Of a stretch of DNA of 64,000 bases, positions 19,460-29,504 are shown piece after piece (position 1 is the first letter of the stretch; every line of letters starts with the position of its first letter). The translations under genes and the position numbers were made by a program. Below the pieces are notes generated by a model. That model saw only the letters and a program-made list of their open reading frames with translations. It made no database searches and was not told the origin of the DNA. The stretch comes from an uncultured Nanoarchaeota archaeon. Its GTDB lineage: Archaea; Nanobdellota; Nanobdellia; Pacearchaeales; GW2011-AR1. The stretch is from assembly GCA_963743615.1 (NCBI GenBank), contig CAVUQF010000002.1:65697-129696 (forward strand). The letters are read 5' to 3'.

Positions 19460-22000
19460 ATGCAAAAGGGGTCTGAATTAGAATATTGGAATAAGACTGA
19501 GGGAGATTTATTTCGAGTCTTTAAGAGTTCTCGGCAGGGGCTGACAGAAAGTGAAATTGAATCAAGGCATAAAGAGTATGGTTATAATCAGCTAAAAAAG
19601 AAGAAGTCTTTTCTTCTTCTGCTTTTAAGGCAATTCAAGAATCCACTATTATGGCTTCTTATTGTAACAAGTGTACTTTCAATGTATTTTGGAGAGGTAC
19701 TCGGAGGAACAATAATACTTGTTCTTATTTTTCTTTCTGCAATTGTATCCTTTATTCAAGAATATCGTTCTGAAAGAATTGTCGATGATTTGAATAAAAA
19801 AATTTCCCATAAAGCAATTGTAACGAGAAATGGCGAGAAAATTGAGATTGATGTAAAGAACATCGTTCCAGGGGATATTATAAATTTGGATGTAGGGAGC
19901 AAGGTCCCTGCGGACGTAAGGCTTATTGAAGCCGAGAACCTTGAAATAAACGAGTCTATTCTTACAGGAGAATCCGTTCCAGTGCATAAAGTTTCGGATG
20001 TTCTTAAAAAAGCGGACGTGGACAAGAATTATAAGAATTATGCTTTTGCGGGAACAATTATTTCGGACGGTCAGGCCTTGGGAATTGTTCTGTCGATTGG
20101 AAATCAAACTAGGCTTGGGCAGCTTTCAAGGACAGTCATTCAGGAAAAGCCTCAAATTCAATTTCAAAAAGGTATAAGCCAGTTTGTAAATTTCCTGATA
20201 AAGGTTGTTTTGGTCCTAACAGTAATTATCTTTGCTGCAAATGCCGTTCTGAAACAAAATATCCTTGATTCTTTGCTATTTGCGCTTGCTGTTGCAATAG
20301 GGATCGCTCCAGAAATGATGCCTGTAATTATGACTATAAGTATGTCAATAGGTGCAAAAAACATGGCAAAAAAGGAAGTAATTGTGAAAAGGTTAGTCTC
20401 AATTGAGGATTTTGGGAACATGGATATTCTGTGTACAGATAAAACAGGAACAATAACAGAGGGAAATATAGAGTTGCATAACTATTTTGACCTTTCGAAC
20501 AATTTGAATGAAAATATACTGCTATACAGTGTTCTTTGCAATTCTGCAATACGCCACGGGAAAAAAATATCTGGGAATTCTATTGATGCGGCAATTCTTA
20601 AGTATGCCGGAGACAAGGTTATTTCGGAATTGGAATCATACTCTAAAATTGAAGATATCCCCTTTGATTATGATAGAAAAAGAATGTCCGTTGCGGTCAA
20701 GAATGGAAAGGAGCAACTGCTTATAACTAAAGGTGCCGTATTTCCTATACTGAAAGTTTGTTCAAAGATTGATATTAATGGAAGGGTTGGGGGAATTGCA
20801 AATTATAGAGAAAAAATAAAAAAGAAGTTTTTTGATCTGTCAAATGAGGGACTGAGGGTTATAGCCGTTGCATACAAGAATTCCTCAAAAGCTAGCTATG
20901 ATAAGGCTGATGAAAAGGAATTAACTTTCCTTGGATTTATTACTCTCTCCGATCCTCCAAGAAAAACAGTAAAGGGATCCCTTGAAAAATTAAAATCTCT
21001 CGATGTAGCTTTTAAAATACTTACAGGAGACAATGAAATAATAACTCAAAAGATTGCTCAAGAAGTTGGAATTCAGATTACTAGGATTGTTATTGGAGAC
21101 CAGATAGAAAAATTTGATGATAAGAAGCTCAGCGAAGTTGTTGAGAAAGCTAACGTTTTTTGCAGGCTCACACCCTCTCAGAAGCAAAGGATAATAAAAG
21201 TCCTGAAGGAAAACGGGCATGATGTGGGGTATATGGGAGATGGGGTAAATGATATAGAAGCTCTTTATGAAGCAGATGTTGGGATTTCAGTTGATACGGC
21301 TGTGGATGTTGCAAAAGATGCATCAGATATAATCCTTTTGAAGAAAGATCTTGGCATTCTCGCAGGAGGGGTTGCTGAAGGCAGGAAAATCTTTGGAAAC
21401 TCAATGAAATATATTCTCATGGAAGTAAGTTCAAACTTTGGGAACATGCTTAGTTTATCTGTCTCCTCTTTTGTTTTGCCATTTCTTCCAATGCTTCCTA
21501 CCCAGGTTCTGCTTAATGATATGCTCTACGACTTTTCTCAAGTACCCATATCCGGAGATAATGTTGATTCTGAGTATCTGAAAAAACCTAAAAAATTCGA
21601 TTTAAAACTTATTAGAAGATTTATGATTTGGTTCGGACCAATTAGTTCTCTTTATGATTTTCTTACTTATGGGGTTTTGATTTTCTTATTTAAGGCAAGC
21701 CAGGCGACATTCAGGACAGGCTGGTTTATTGAATCAATAGCAACTCAGACGCTTGTTGTTTTTGCAATAAGAACAAGACGTTCCCCTTTCTGGAAGAGCA
21801 AGCCTGGAAAGGGAATTTTAATTAGCTGCTTTACCATAGTTGCAATAGCCTTGATTATTCCATATACCCCTCTGGGGAACTTATTCCAATTCATTCCTAT
21901 GCCTATTTGGTTCTTTGTGTACGTCGTTGCCGCAGTATTAACTTACCTACTTTTAGTCGAGATGAGCAAGAGGATTTTCTACAAGAAATATGAGATTTAG
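19460..22000 (+). CDS. mgtA: Mg2+-importing P-type ATPase (P3B, MgtA-like)
   Basis: TGES, PEMMP, DKTGT, TGDN, GDGVND, SSNFGN, LYDFSQ, FRTGWFIES. Confidence 0.93.
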   Translation: MQKGSELEYWNKTEGDLFRVFKSSRQGLTESEIESRHKEYGYNQLKKKKSFLLLLLRQFKNPLLWLLIVTSVLSMYFGEVLGGTIILVLIFLSAIVSFIQEYRSERIVDDLNKKISHKAIVTRNGEKIEIDVKNIVPGDIINLDVGSKVPADVRLIEAENLEINESILTGESVPVHKVSDVLKKADVDKNYKNYAFAGTIISDGQALGIVLSIGNQTRLGQLSRTVIQEKPQIQFQKGISQFVNFLIKVVLVLTVIIFAANAVLKQNILDSLLFALAVAIGIAPEMMPVIMTISMSIGAKNMAKKEVIVKRLVSIEDFGNMDILCTDKTGTITEGNIELHNYFDLSNNLNENILLYSVLCNSAIRHGKKISGNSIDAAILKYAGDKVISELESYSKIEDIPFDYDRKRMSVAVKNGKEQLLITKGAVFPILKVCSKIDINGRVGGIANYREKIKKKFFDLSNEGLRVIAVAYKNSSKASYDKADEKELTFLGFITLSDPPRKTVKGSLEKLKSLDVAFKILTGDNEIITQKIAQEVGIQITRIVIGDQIEKFDDKKLSEVVEKANVFCRLTPSQKQRIIKVLKENGHDVGYMGDGVNDIEALYEADVGISVDTAVDVAKDASDIILLKKDLGILAGGVAEGRKIFGNSMKYILMEVSSNFGNMLSLSVSSFVLPFLPMLPTQVLLNDMLYDFSQVPISGDNVDSEYLKKPKKFDLKLIRRFMIWFGPISSLYDFLTYGVLIFLFKASQATFRTGWFIESIATQTLVVFAIRTRRSPFWKSKPGKGILISCFTIVAIALIIPYTPLGNLFQFIPMPIWFFVYVVAAVLTYLLLVEMSKRIFYKKYEI

Positions 22001-22005
22001 AGGTA

Positions 22006-22194
22006 CTACTTGTTTTTCTTTTTAGACCTATTTAATATACCAACTATAATTCCTATAATTAAAATTATTACGCCGAGCCCAATAATGTAATAAAGAAAAT
22101 TTGCAAGGCTATTTCCTTTTCCAAATATATCCATCAAAAGCTCTGGTATTGCTATTGTAATCATTCCAATGAGAATGATTGTTGACATTTTCAT
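22006..22194 (-). CDS. Small membrane protein
   Basis: 62 aa, two TM helices and a basic tail; upstream TTTATAAA. Confidence 0.55.
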   Translation of the reverse strand: MKMSTIILIGMITIAIPELLMDIFGKGNSLANFLYYIIGLGVIILIIGIIVGILNRSKKKNK

Positions 22195-22285
22195 ATTGCT
22201 AGATATTTATTGATATTTATAAAATTGCCATAAGTTCAAAGAAGTTATTAGAAAAGAATAAATACTCTAGAATAATTAAAAAAGT

Positions 22286-22528
22286 ATGTATAAAAAGGGG
22301 AAGGGAAATGGCAAAGGCGGAATAATAATTTTTGTCTTGATTATAATTGGACTGCTTATATGGGGATATTTTGGAGGGAAGAATACTACTGACTTAACCA
22401 CATGTAACATCCACTTCGGGATATTCTGCTGGAAGTGGACAGGTGCAGTTAATGCAACTACTAACACAATTGGGCAGGCAGGGGGGACGGTAAGCAACCT
22501 CATTAATGGATCAAGTATTCCGTCATAA
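22286..22528 (+). CDS. Small membrane-anchored hypothetical protein
   Basis: Basic/Gly N-terminus, TM helix, CxxxxxxxC pair and N/T/G-rich tail. Confidence 0.6.
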   Translation: MYKKGKGNGKGGIIIFVLIIIGLLIWGYFGGKNTTDLTTCNIHFGIFCWKWTGAVNATTNTIGQAGGTVSNLINGSSIPS

Positions 22529-22565
22529 ATTCTAATTGTAACCTCCTCGTCTTACGAAGAATCAT

Positions 22566-22646
22566 CGCCCAGAGCAGGAATCGAACCTGCGAGCCCTTGC
22601 GGGCCCGGATTAGCAATCCGGTGCAATACCATTATGCGATCTGGGC
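22566..22646 (-). tRNA. tRNA-Ser(GCT)
   Basis: GCCCAGA acceptor; CCGGA-TTGCTAA-TCCGG; variable arm GCCCGCAAGGGC; GGTTCGATTCC; G discriminator. Confidence 0.95.
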
Positions 22647-22736
22647 ATAATACAAATTTCTATGATATATTACTTATAAGCCTTTTTATCCCTCTTATGA
22701 GAATCTTTAAAAACAAGTTCAGATACGTTTTATTAT

Positions 22737-22812
22737 AGCGGGGTAGAGCAGCCTGGAGTGCTCGCGAGGCCCATAACCTCGAGGTCGCGTGGTTCAAATC
22801 CCGCCCCCGCTA
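22737..22812 (+). tRNA. tRNA-Met(CAT), probably initiator
   Basis: AGCGGGG...CCCCGCT-A with A1-U72 pair; anticodon arm CGAGG-CCCATAA-CCTCG; GGTTCAAATCC. Confidence 0.9.
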
Positions 22813-22907
22813 TTAAATGATTAAGCAAATCGGAGTTTTGTGGATTTTGAATCCATTTTATTTATAAATCTTAAAGGGTTTACAGTCAAAAGGAGGAAAT
22901 TAGTCTA

Positions 22908-23492
22908 ATGGAAAGGATATACTCAAATAAAACTGCTCTGGTAGTTATAGATTTACAAAATGGAATTATTTCCATGGGCAGGAAGCTTGAGCCTTATTCT
23001 GGAGAGGAAGTCATAGAAAAATCATCCGAGCTTGCCGAAGCATGCAGAAAAAATAACATTCCAGTATTTTTGGTGCATGTTAAACCTTCTAGAGAAACAG
23101 CACTTAATCCTACTGCAGAAATGTCTATGGGTGTGCATGATCTTCCTGGAGATTGGGCGGACTTTGTTGATCAAATTGGACCAAAAGAAGGAGATATTGT
23201 GATAACAAAGCACCAGTGGGGTGCATTTTATGGAACAGACCTAGACTTGCAACTCAGAAGGAGAAAAATAGACACAATAATTCTTTGCGGGATATCAACT
23301 AACGTAGGTGTTGAAAGTACTGCAAGATTTGCATATGAATACGGATATCACCAGATATTTGCTGAAGATGCAATGACCGCCATGAGTGCAGCTGAGCACA
23401 ATATGTCCGTTAATATAATATTCAAGAGGATGGGAATTGTAAGGAAGACCAAAGAAATTATAGAAGCAATTTCACATGGGGGGCAGGATTAA
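22908..23492 (+). CDS. Isochorismatase-family cysteine hydrolase (YecD-like)
   Basis: ALVVIDLQNG, KHQWGAFYGTDLDLQLRRR, GISTNVGVESTAR; SD AGGAGG upstream. Confidence 0.92.
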   Translation: MERIYSNKTALVVIDLQNGIISMGRKLEPYSGEEVIEKSSELAEACRKNNIPVFLVHVKPSRETALNPTAEMSMGVHDLPGDWADFVDQIGPKEGDIVITKHQWGAFYGTDLDLQLRRRKIDTIILCGISTNVGVESTARFAYEYGYHQIFAEDAMTAMSAAEHNMSVNIIFKRMGIVRKTKEIIEAISHGGQD

Positions 23493-23596
23493 AAAGAGTT
23501 CTAGACACAGTCAAATATTTAAGTAATAACCTATTTTAATAAATCTAAAGGGGGAGACAACGTTAAAACAAATTTCCTATTAAAAAAATTCTTCAT

Positions 23597-24283
23597 ATGC
23601 CTATAAATATTAAAAAATTAAGGAAGTACTTGATTATTGTTCTATTAATTATTTACCTAGTAGTGATTATCTTTGAATCTAATTTCAATTTCAATCAGGA
23701 AGTTATTGAGAAACTGCTTTCAAATTATCAAAATTTTACTCAACCGATATACACATTTATCGTTTTAATCACTACCATGACCGGGACAGTATCATCTGCA
23801 TTCATACTTTCTGGATTTTTTATGTTTAATGCACCCACTTTAGTAGTTCTTACTTCCATAGGAATAATTTTAGGCATTATTCTTGTTTTTGTTCTATCAA
23901 GGACAATTGGGCATCAGGCATTTGAGAAGTATATCAATTCAGACAAGAATAATGCAAAAAAACTGAAAAGAATATTCAAGAACGACTCTAACGCAATTAT
24001 AGTTCTATTCAATTTTGTCTTCTTCCTCCCTTCCACGATTGGATGTATACTTGGAGGATTAAGTAAATCTAAAATGACTAAGTGGATAATTATAAGCATA
24101 ATCGGAAGTTTGCTTAATCAAATCGGGCTTATCCTTCTTCTATTAAGCATTCAAGATAACAGCTTAGTCTATCTGGTTCTTACAATATCTGCATTAGTAC
24201 TGATTTCAGTAATACCTATTATAATTTATAGAAAAGATATTAAGGATATTATGAAAATAACGTTTGAAAGGAGATCTAAATAA
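23597..24283 (+). CDS. DedA/VTT (SNARE-associated) family membrane protein
   Basis: Multi-TM pattern with G...VFVLSRTIG and re-entrant-like FFLPS...GLS. Confidence 0.7.
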   Translation: MPINIKKLRKYLIIVLLIIYLVVIIFESNFNFNQEVIEKLLSNYQNFTQPIYTFIVLITTMTGTVSSAFILSGFFMFNAPTLVVLTSIGIILGIILVFVLSRTIGHQAFEKYINSDKNNAKKLKRIFKNDSNAIIVLFNFVFFLPSTIGCILGGLSKSKMTKWIIISIIGSLLNQIGLILLLLSIQDNSLVYLVLTISALVLISVIPIIIYRKDIKDIMKITFERRSK

Positions 24284-24284
24284 A

Positions 24285-24593
24285 ATGGTGACAGAAGGCT
24301 TCTTTGCTGAAAGGTGTTACTCTTTTCTTAGGAAAGTTCCATCAGGAAAACTGACAACTTACAAAGCTCTTGCCACCGCAATGGGAACGAAGGCATATCG
24401 AGCTGTTGGAACTGCCATGAACAAAAATCCTTATGCCCCCGAAGTTCCTTGTCACAGAGTTGTCAATAGCAATGGAAAAGTTGGAGGCTATGCCAAAGGA
24501 ACAAAAAAGAAGGTTGAAATTCTCAGGAAGGAAGGGATTCCGATAAAAAATGGTGGAATTGAGAACTTCGAAAGATATTTATACAGATTCTAG
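24285..24593 (+). CDS. ogt: O6-methylguanine-DNA methyltransferase (single domain)
   Basis: RAVGTAMNKNP and PCHRV active-site motif; ATG 24285 preferred. Confidence 0.92.
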   Translation: MVTEGFFAERCYSFLRKVPSGKLTTYKALATAMGTKAYRAVGTAMNKNPYAPEVPCHRVVNSNGKVGGYAKGTKKKVEILRKEGIPIKNGGIENFERYLYRF

Positions 24594-24604
24594 AAAGTCT
24601 TTAT

Positions 24605-25273
24605 ATGTTAAAACTTGGAATTGACGAAGCAGGAAGAGGACCAATTTTAGGCCCTCTAGTAATAGCTGGTTGTCTGATTGATGAAAAATTTGAGAAAGAC
24701 TTGAAGAAATTAGGTGTCAAAGATAGCAAGCAACTCACACGAAAAAAAAGAGATGAACTGGAACCAGAAATAAAAAAACTCACAGAGGCCTTTGAAATAA
24801 TTATAATCCCTCCAATTGAAATAGAAGATAATAACGAACACGGGATAAAACTTAATGAGCTTGAGGCGATTGCGGCAGCGGAAATAATAAATAAGATAAA
24901 CAAGGGATTTAACAAGATAAAAGTTATTATTGATTGTCCAAATCCGACAACAGAGACTTGGAGACAGCTGGTTTTATCAAAAATAAAAGACAAGTCTAAC
25001 ATTGATTTGATATGTGAACATAAGGCAGATGTAAACCATATTGTGACCTCTGCGGCTTCGGTCCTGGCAAAATGTGTTAGGGACAAGGAAATGTCTTTTT
25101 TGAAAGAAAAATATGGTAATGTCGGTTCAGGGTATTGCCATGATCCAGTTACAATAAAATTCGTTGAAGAGAATTTGAAAAAATATGAAGAAGAGGGCAT
25201 TTTCAGGAAAACTTGGGTAACCTGGCGAGTTGCGGTAGCTAAGGCTAATCAGAAAAAACTTGACGAGTTTTGA
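24605..25273 (+). CDS. rnhB: Ribonuclease HII
   Basis: GIDEAGRGP, DSKQL, AASVLAK, GSGY; C-terminal PIP-box-like QKKLDEF. Confidence 0.97.
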   Translation: MLKLGIDEAGRGPILGPLVIAGCLIDEKFEKDLKKLGVKDSKQLTRKKRDELEPEIKKLTEAFEIIIIPPIEIEDNNEHGIKLNELEAIAAAEIINKINKGFNKIKVIIDCPNPTTETWRQLVLSKIKDKSNIDLICEHKADVNHIVTSAASVLAKCVRDKEMSFLKEKYGNVGSGYCHDPVTIKFVEENLKKYEEEGIFRKTWVTWRVAVAKANQKKLDEF

Positions 25274-25312
25274 TCTATAAATCTTTAAAAATTCCTTTTA
25301 CTTTCCTCCGAT

Positions 25313-28171
25313 ATGACCTATATTAAAAAGCTGGTGATCAAGGGGTTCAAGAGTTTTGCCAAGAAAACAGAAATTCCCTTTGTTCCGCAGATAAATGTCA
25401 TTCTTGGTCCAAATGGTTCAGGAAAGAGTAATATCACAGATGCATTATGTTTTGTTTTTGGGAGATTAAGTTCAAAATCTCTTAGAGCAGCTAAATCAAG
25501 CAATTTGATTTTTCAGGGGAATAAATTTGTTGGTGCTGCTGGGGAAGCAATTGTTGAGATAGTATTTGATAATTCTGACAAAACATTTAGTATAGAAAAA
25601 AATGAAATCTCTATAGAAAGAATTGTAAGAAAGAACGGGCAGAGTATCTACAAAATTGATGGTGAAACAAAAAATAGGCAGGATGTATTATCTCTGTTGG
25701 CTCAGGGGGGGATTGATCCCAACGGATTTAACATAATTTTACAAGGAGAAATACAAAATTTTGTTAAAATGCACACAGAAGAAAGAAGGAAAGTAGTGGA
25801 GGAAATAGCGGGGATATCAATATATGAACTGAGAAAAGAAAAGTCTCTGAAGGAACTTGAAAAAACAGATGATAAACTGAAAGAAATTTCAACCATTCTT
25901 AGAGAGAGAACTGCATATATGAATAATCTTGAAAAGGAAAGGCAACAAGCATTAAAGTTCAAAAAGCTTCAAGAGGATGTGAAAAAATTCAAGGCAAGCA
26001 TAATTTATTTCGACTTAGTGAAAAAGGAAAAAGAAGTGGAGGAGGTTAAAGCAAAGATTGAAGGTAAGAATAATGAGAAAGAAAAAGTAAAAAAAGAAAT
26101 ATCAAAAATTCAGATTTCCATAGCAGATCTGGAAGCTAAAATAAATTCTATAAATTCTAATATTCAAACATCTACGGGATTTGAACAGGAAAGGCTTAAT
26201 CAAGAAATTACTAATCTTAGAGCGGATCTCGCTGGATTAAATGCAAGATTAGAGAATAGTGATAAAAGATTGAATGAGGCACTAAAACAAAAAGAGGCTC
26301 TTAATAAGAATTTGTTAGATCTAACTTCTGAGATAGAAAAGTTGAAAAAAGAAAATCCAAAAACAGTCGTAAAAAGAAAAGAAATTGAGCAGAAAAGCGG
26401 CGAGCTTGAAAAGCTGGAATTGCAGAGAAAGAAATTTTACCTAAATAGGTCAGAGTTAAAAACATTGCTGGACCGGTTTGAAGATAAAAAAATAACACTT
26501 CGGGGTTACGAACAGGAATCTTCCTTTTTATTAGAGCAGATAAAATCAATCTCTAAGGATTTATTTGATAGAAATTCAGATAAGTCTAGATTAAATTCTT
26601 TGAAATCTTCTCTGTCTGAAAAAAGGGGATTACTAGAGAAGCTTGAAAATGAAGAGCTAAAACTGGAAAAGATTTCGTATTCAAATGAACATGAGATAGA
26701 CGGTCAAAAATCGTTTATAGTTAAAATATCAAAGATGGATGTCTGTCCTGTTTGCAAGAACAAAATTACGGAAGAACACATTCATACAATAAGTAAAGAG
26801 ACTGCAGAAAAAATTGAATTGCTTAACAGGGAAATAAAAAAGTCTGATGAACAATTGGGAGAGATCTTCAAGAAAAAGAAAATGATTCGGGAAGAAATTG
26901 AGAATATGACCTCTGAGATTTCAAAAAGAGAGTCGGATATTATTTTACTTTCAAATGTAGAAGATAAAAAAAATCAGATAAAATCTCTTCAGGAAAAAAC
27001 TGAATCTCTCAAAATAGAAATTTCAGAAATTGAGAAAAAGAAAAATAACCTGCAGAATTATGTTGATACAGACTTTGATATTGATAAAAGATACGAAGAA
27101 TTAAGATTGAAGATCCAGGAAATTCCTTTAATTAATGAAGAAGATACCGATTCTGAAATAACTTTTAAAAGACGGGACATTGAAAAGATAAAATCTTCAC
27201 TGAGGCAGTTGCTTGGAAGTGAGCAGGAATTAAAAGATGAGATCCTGAAATTTAATGCAACGATTGGTGAGAAAAACAAGAGTTTGGAGGAGAAGAAAAA
27301 GCAGGAGGAGCAGCTTAGCGAGAAATTCAAGAAATTGATCTCGGAGAGGGATGAACTTCAGAAAAATGTTAGAGATAATCAGATTTTAGTTTCACAGCAT
27401 CAAAATAAGACTTATGGAATAGAGCAAGAGATCAATAATTTAAAGATTGAAGATGCAAAATTCAATGCAGAAGCAGAGAATTTGAGACTTGAAATGAATG
27501 AATTTGAAGGAATTGAAAAGATAAAAGCTCCTAAAGAGTCCTTGACAGAAAGACTAGAGAAGGCTCAGGAAATATTGTTGGATCTTGGATCTGTAAATCT
27601 CCGTTCGCTTGAAGTTTACGAATCGGTAAAAAAAGAGTATGATTCTATAAAAGAAAAGATGCAGATCATTGATGGTGAAAAAGAAAGCATAATGAATATA
27701 ATAAAAGAGATAGATTTCAGAAAAAAGAAAACTTTCATGAAAACATTTAATGCTTTGAATGAAATCTTTTCAAGAAATTTCTCGGAGCTGAGTCAGAAAG
27801 GGCAGGTTTACCTTGAGCTTGAGAACCAGAAGGAGCCTTTTGAAGGGGGAGTCAATATAGTCCTTAAGACGGGCCACGGTAAATATTTTGACGTTACTTC
27901 CCTATCTGGGGGAGAGCAGACTCTTGTTGCATTGTCTCTGATTTTTGCTATTCAAGAACTAAAACCATATCCCTTTTATCTTTTGGATGAAATTGATGCG
28001 GCGCTTGATAAAAGAAATTCAGAAAGACTTGCAATGCTTCTCAAGAAATATATGGAGAAGGGGCAGTATATTGTAACATCACACAATGATGAAGTAATAA
28101 TGAATGCGAATAACCTATATGGTATTAGTATGAATGATGGAATAAGTAAAGTAATTAGTTTGAAAGTCTAA
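25313..28171 (+). CDS. smc: SMC-family ATPase with central CxxC motif
   Basis: GFKSF, GPNGSGKSN, Q-loop ILQGEI, LSGGE, LLDEIDAALD, long coiled coils; CPVC at residues 478-481 of 952. Confidence 0.9.
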   Translation: MTYIKKLVIKGFKSFAKKTEIPFVPQINVILGPNGSGKSNITDALCFVFGRLSSKSLRAAKSSNLIFQGNKFVGAAGEAIVEIVFDNSDKTFSIEKNEISIERIVRKNGQSIYKIDGETKNRQDVLSLLAQGGIDPNGFNIILQGEIQNFVKMHTEERRKVVEEIAGISIYELRKEKSLKELEKTDDKLKEISTILRERTAYMNNLEKERQQALKFKKLQEDVKKFKASIIYFDLVKKEKEVEEVKAKIEGKNNEKEKVKKEISKIQISIADLEAKINSINSNIQTSTGFEQERLNQEITNLRADLAGLNARLENSDKRLNEALKQKEALNKNLLDLTSEIEKLKKENPKTVVKRKEIEQKSGELEKLELQRKKFYLNRSELKTLLDRFEDKKITLRGYEQESSFLLEQIKSISKDLFDRNSDKSRLNSLKSSLSEKRGLLEKLENEELKLEKISYSNEHEIDGQKSFIVKISKMDVCPVCKNKITEEHIHTISKETAEKIELLNREIKKSDEQLGEIFKKKKMIREEIENMTSEISKRESDIILLSNVEDKKNQIKSLQEKTESLKIEISEIEKKKNNLQNYVDTDFDIDKRYEELRLKIQEIPLINEEDTDSEITFKRRDIEKIKSSLRQLLGSEQELKDEILKFNATIGEKNKSLEEKKKQEEQLSEKFKKLISERDELQKNVRDNQILVSQHQNKTYGIEQEINNLKIEDAKFNAEAENLRLEMNEFEGIEKIKAPKESLTERLEKAQEILLDLGSVNLRSLEVYESVKKEYDSIKEKMQIIDGEKESIMNIIKEIDFRKKKTFMKTFNALNEIFSRNFSELSQKGQVYLELENQKEPFEGGVNIVLKTGHGKYFDVTSLSGGEQTLVALSLIFAIQELKPYPFYLLDEIDAALDKRNSERLAMLLKKYMEKGQYIVTSHNDEVIMNANNLYGISMNDGISKVISLKV

Positions 28172-28176
28172 TAATC

Positions 28177-29391
28177 TCAGTAATAGCTTTCACTGAACTC
28201 TTCTGGCTTATTACTACTTGGCTTTCTTGCAATCAATACAAGCAAAACAGCTAGCAATGTTATGAATATCACTGCAAGAACAATTGTTAATATTACTACA
28301 GGATTTGAAACTCCATTCCCCTCTGCATTTAAAGCCAAATTAACATTGCCTGTAAGTTGCCCATCATTTGAGAAAGCGCTAACACTAAGGTTGTAACTTC
28401 CAGCGGAACTTGGAGTTGCGGTCAATGTTATTGTTCTGCTTGAGCCTGCTGGAACCGTAATTATAGAATCTGTTGATATTGCAACACCAGATGCAGTTTG
28501 AGGAACGATATTATAAACAGTTATGCTTGTTGTTGGATTTACAACTTCTAAGTTATAGGTAGCAGATTGTCCCACATTAGATGATTGTACGGGATTATCC
28601 GCAACAATATTACTCTCGAATGAGTTTTCTATATTAAGAGTTGTAGTTTGTACTTCATCAACATACCCATTTCTTACCTCAGCCTGAACAATATATGATC
28701 CGGAGGTCACGTTGTATGAAGGCAACTGAAGGTATACTGTTCCACTTGTAGTATCATTTGATTGAACAACATTATTCAAATCTCCAAAATAAGCTGTTTT
28801 TTCAACATTTAATGCAGGAATGCTTACAATCACATAAAGATCATTTAACTCATTATATCCTGTATTTTTCAAGACAACATTAACAGGCACTAATCCTCCT
28901 GCGTTAACACTGCCTACAGTGTTTAAAGACATAACTTCTACATTATAAGACTGTCTCTGGTATCTAAAATATACTGTCTGTTGTGTTTCAACTACAGAGG
29001 AATCTCCATTCCAAATGGTTACAACAACCGGTAAATTATTACTTTGAATATCCCCATTGTCTGAAGGTATGCTAATGCTTAAAGGTTCTACATAAGTCTG
29101 TCCAGTCTCGATATCACCTACAAAGACCTGACTTTGAATATCTCCATTAATACCCTGAACATTTACACTCAAATATACATTTGATTCATTTGCGTTTGCT
29201 GTGAATGTGACAGTTACAGGCACACTATTACCTGCGAGAACGGCTATGCTTTGCCCGTTGCCAACTCCGTTTAGGCTATTCACATTTAAATTTGTAATAG
29301 TGGCAATTTGGTTAGCAGAGACTACACTAGTCAAAACAAGAACGCTTGCTAATATCAGAAAAGAAACCAAAAATTTCTTTTGTTTGTTCAT
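28177..29391 (-). CDS. Secreted, C-terminally anchored Ig-like/CARDB surface (S-layer-like) protein
   Basis: Signal peptide, V/N/S/T-rich beta-sandwich-like repeats (VNVVLKNTG), C-terminal TM helix and EEFSESYY tail. Confidence 0.7.
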   Translation of the reverse strand: MNKQKKFLVSFLILASVLVLTSVVSANQIATITNLNVNSLNGVGNGQSIAVLAGNSVPVTVTFTANANESNVYLSVNVQGINGDIQSQVFVGDIETGQTYVEPLSISIPSDNGDIQSNNLPVVVTIWNGDSSVVETQQTVYFRYQRQSYNVEVMSLNTVGSVNAGGLVPVNVVLKNTGYNELNDLYVIVSIPALNVEKTAYFGDLNNVVQSNDTTSGTVYLQLPSYNVTSGSYIVQAEVRNGYVDEVQTTTLNIENSFESNIVADNPVQSSNVGQSATYNLEVVNPTTSITVYNIVPQTASGVAISTDSIITVPAGSSRTITLTATPSSAGSYNLSVSAFSNDGQLTGNVNLALNAEGNGVSNPVVILTIVLAVIFITLLAVLLVLIARKPSSNKPEEFSESYY

Positions 29392-29504
29392 TTTAATTCA
29401 ATTTTCATATCTAAAAATTCTTTATAAACTTTATGGTGATAACAAAATAAGGTCATTTTATAGTACTCAATAATTCACCAAGTGTAGTTACAATAAGTGA
29501 ATAG

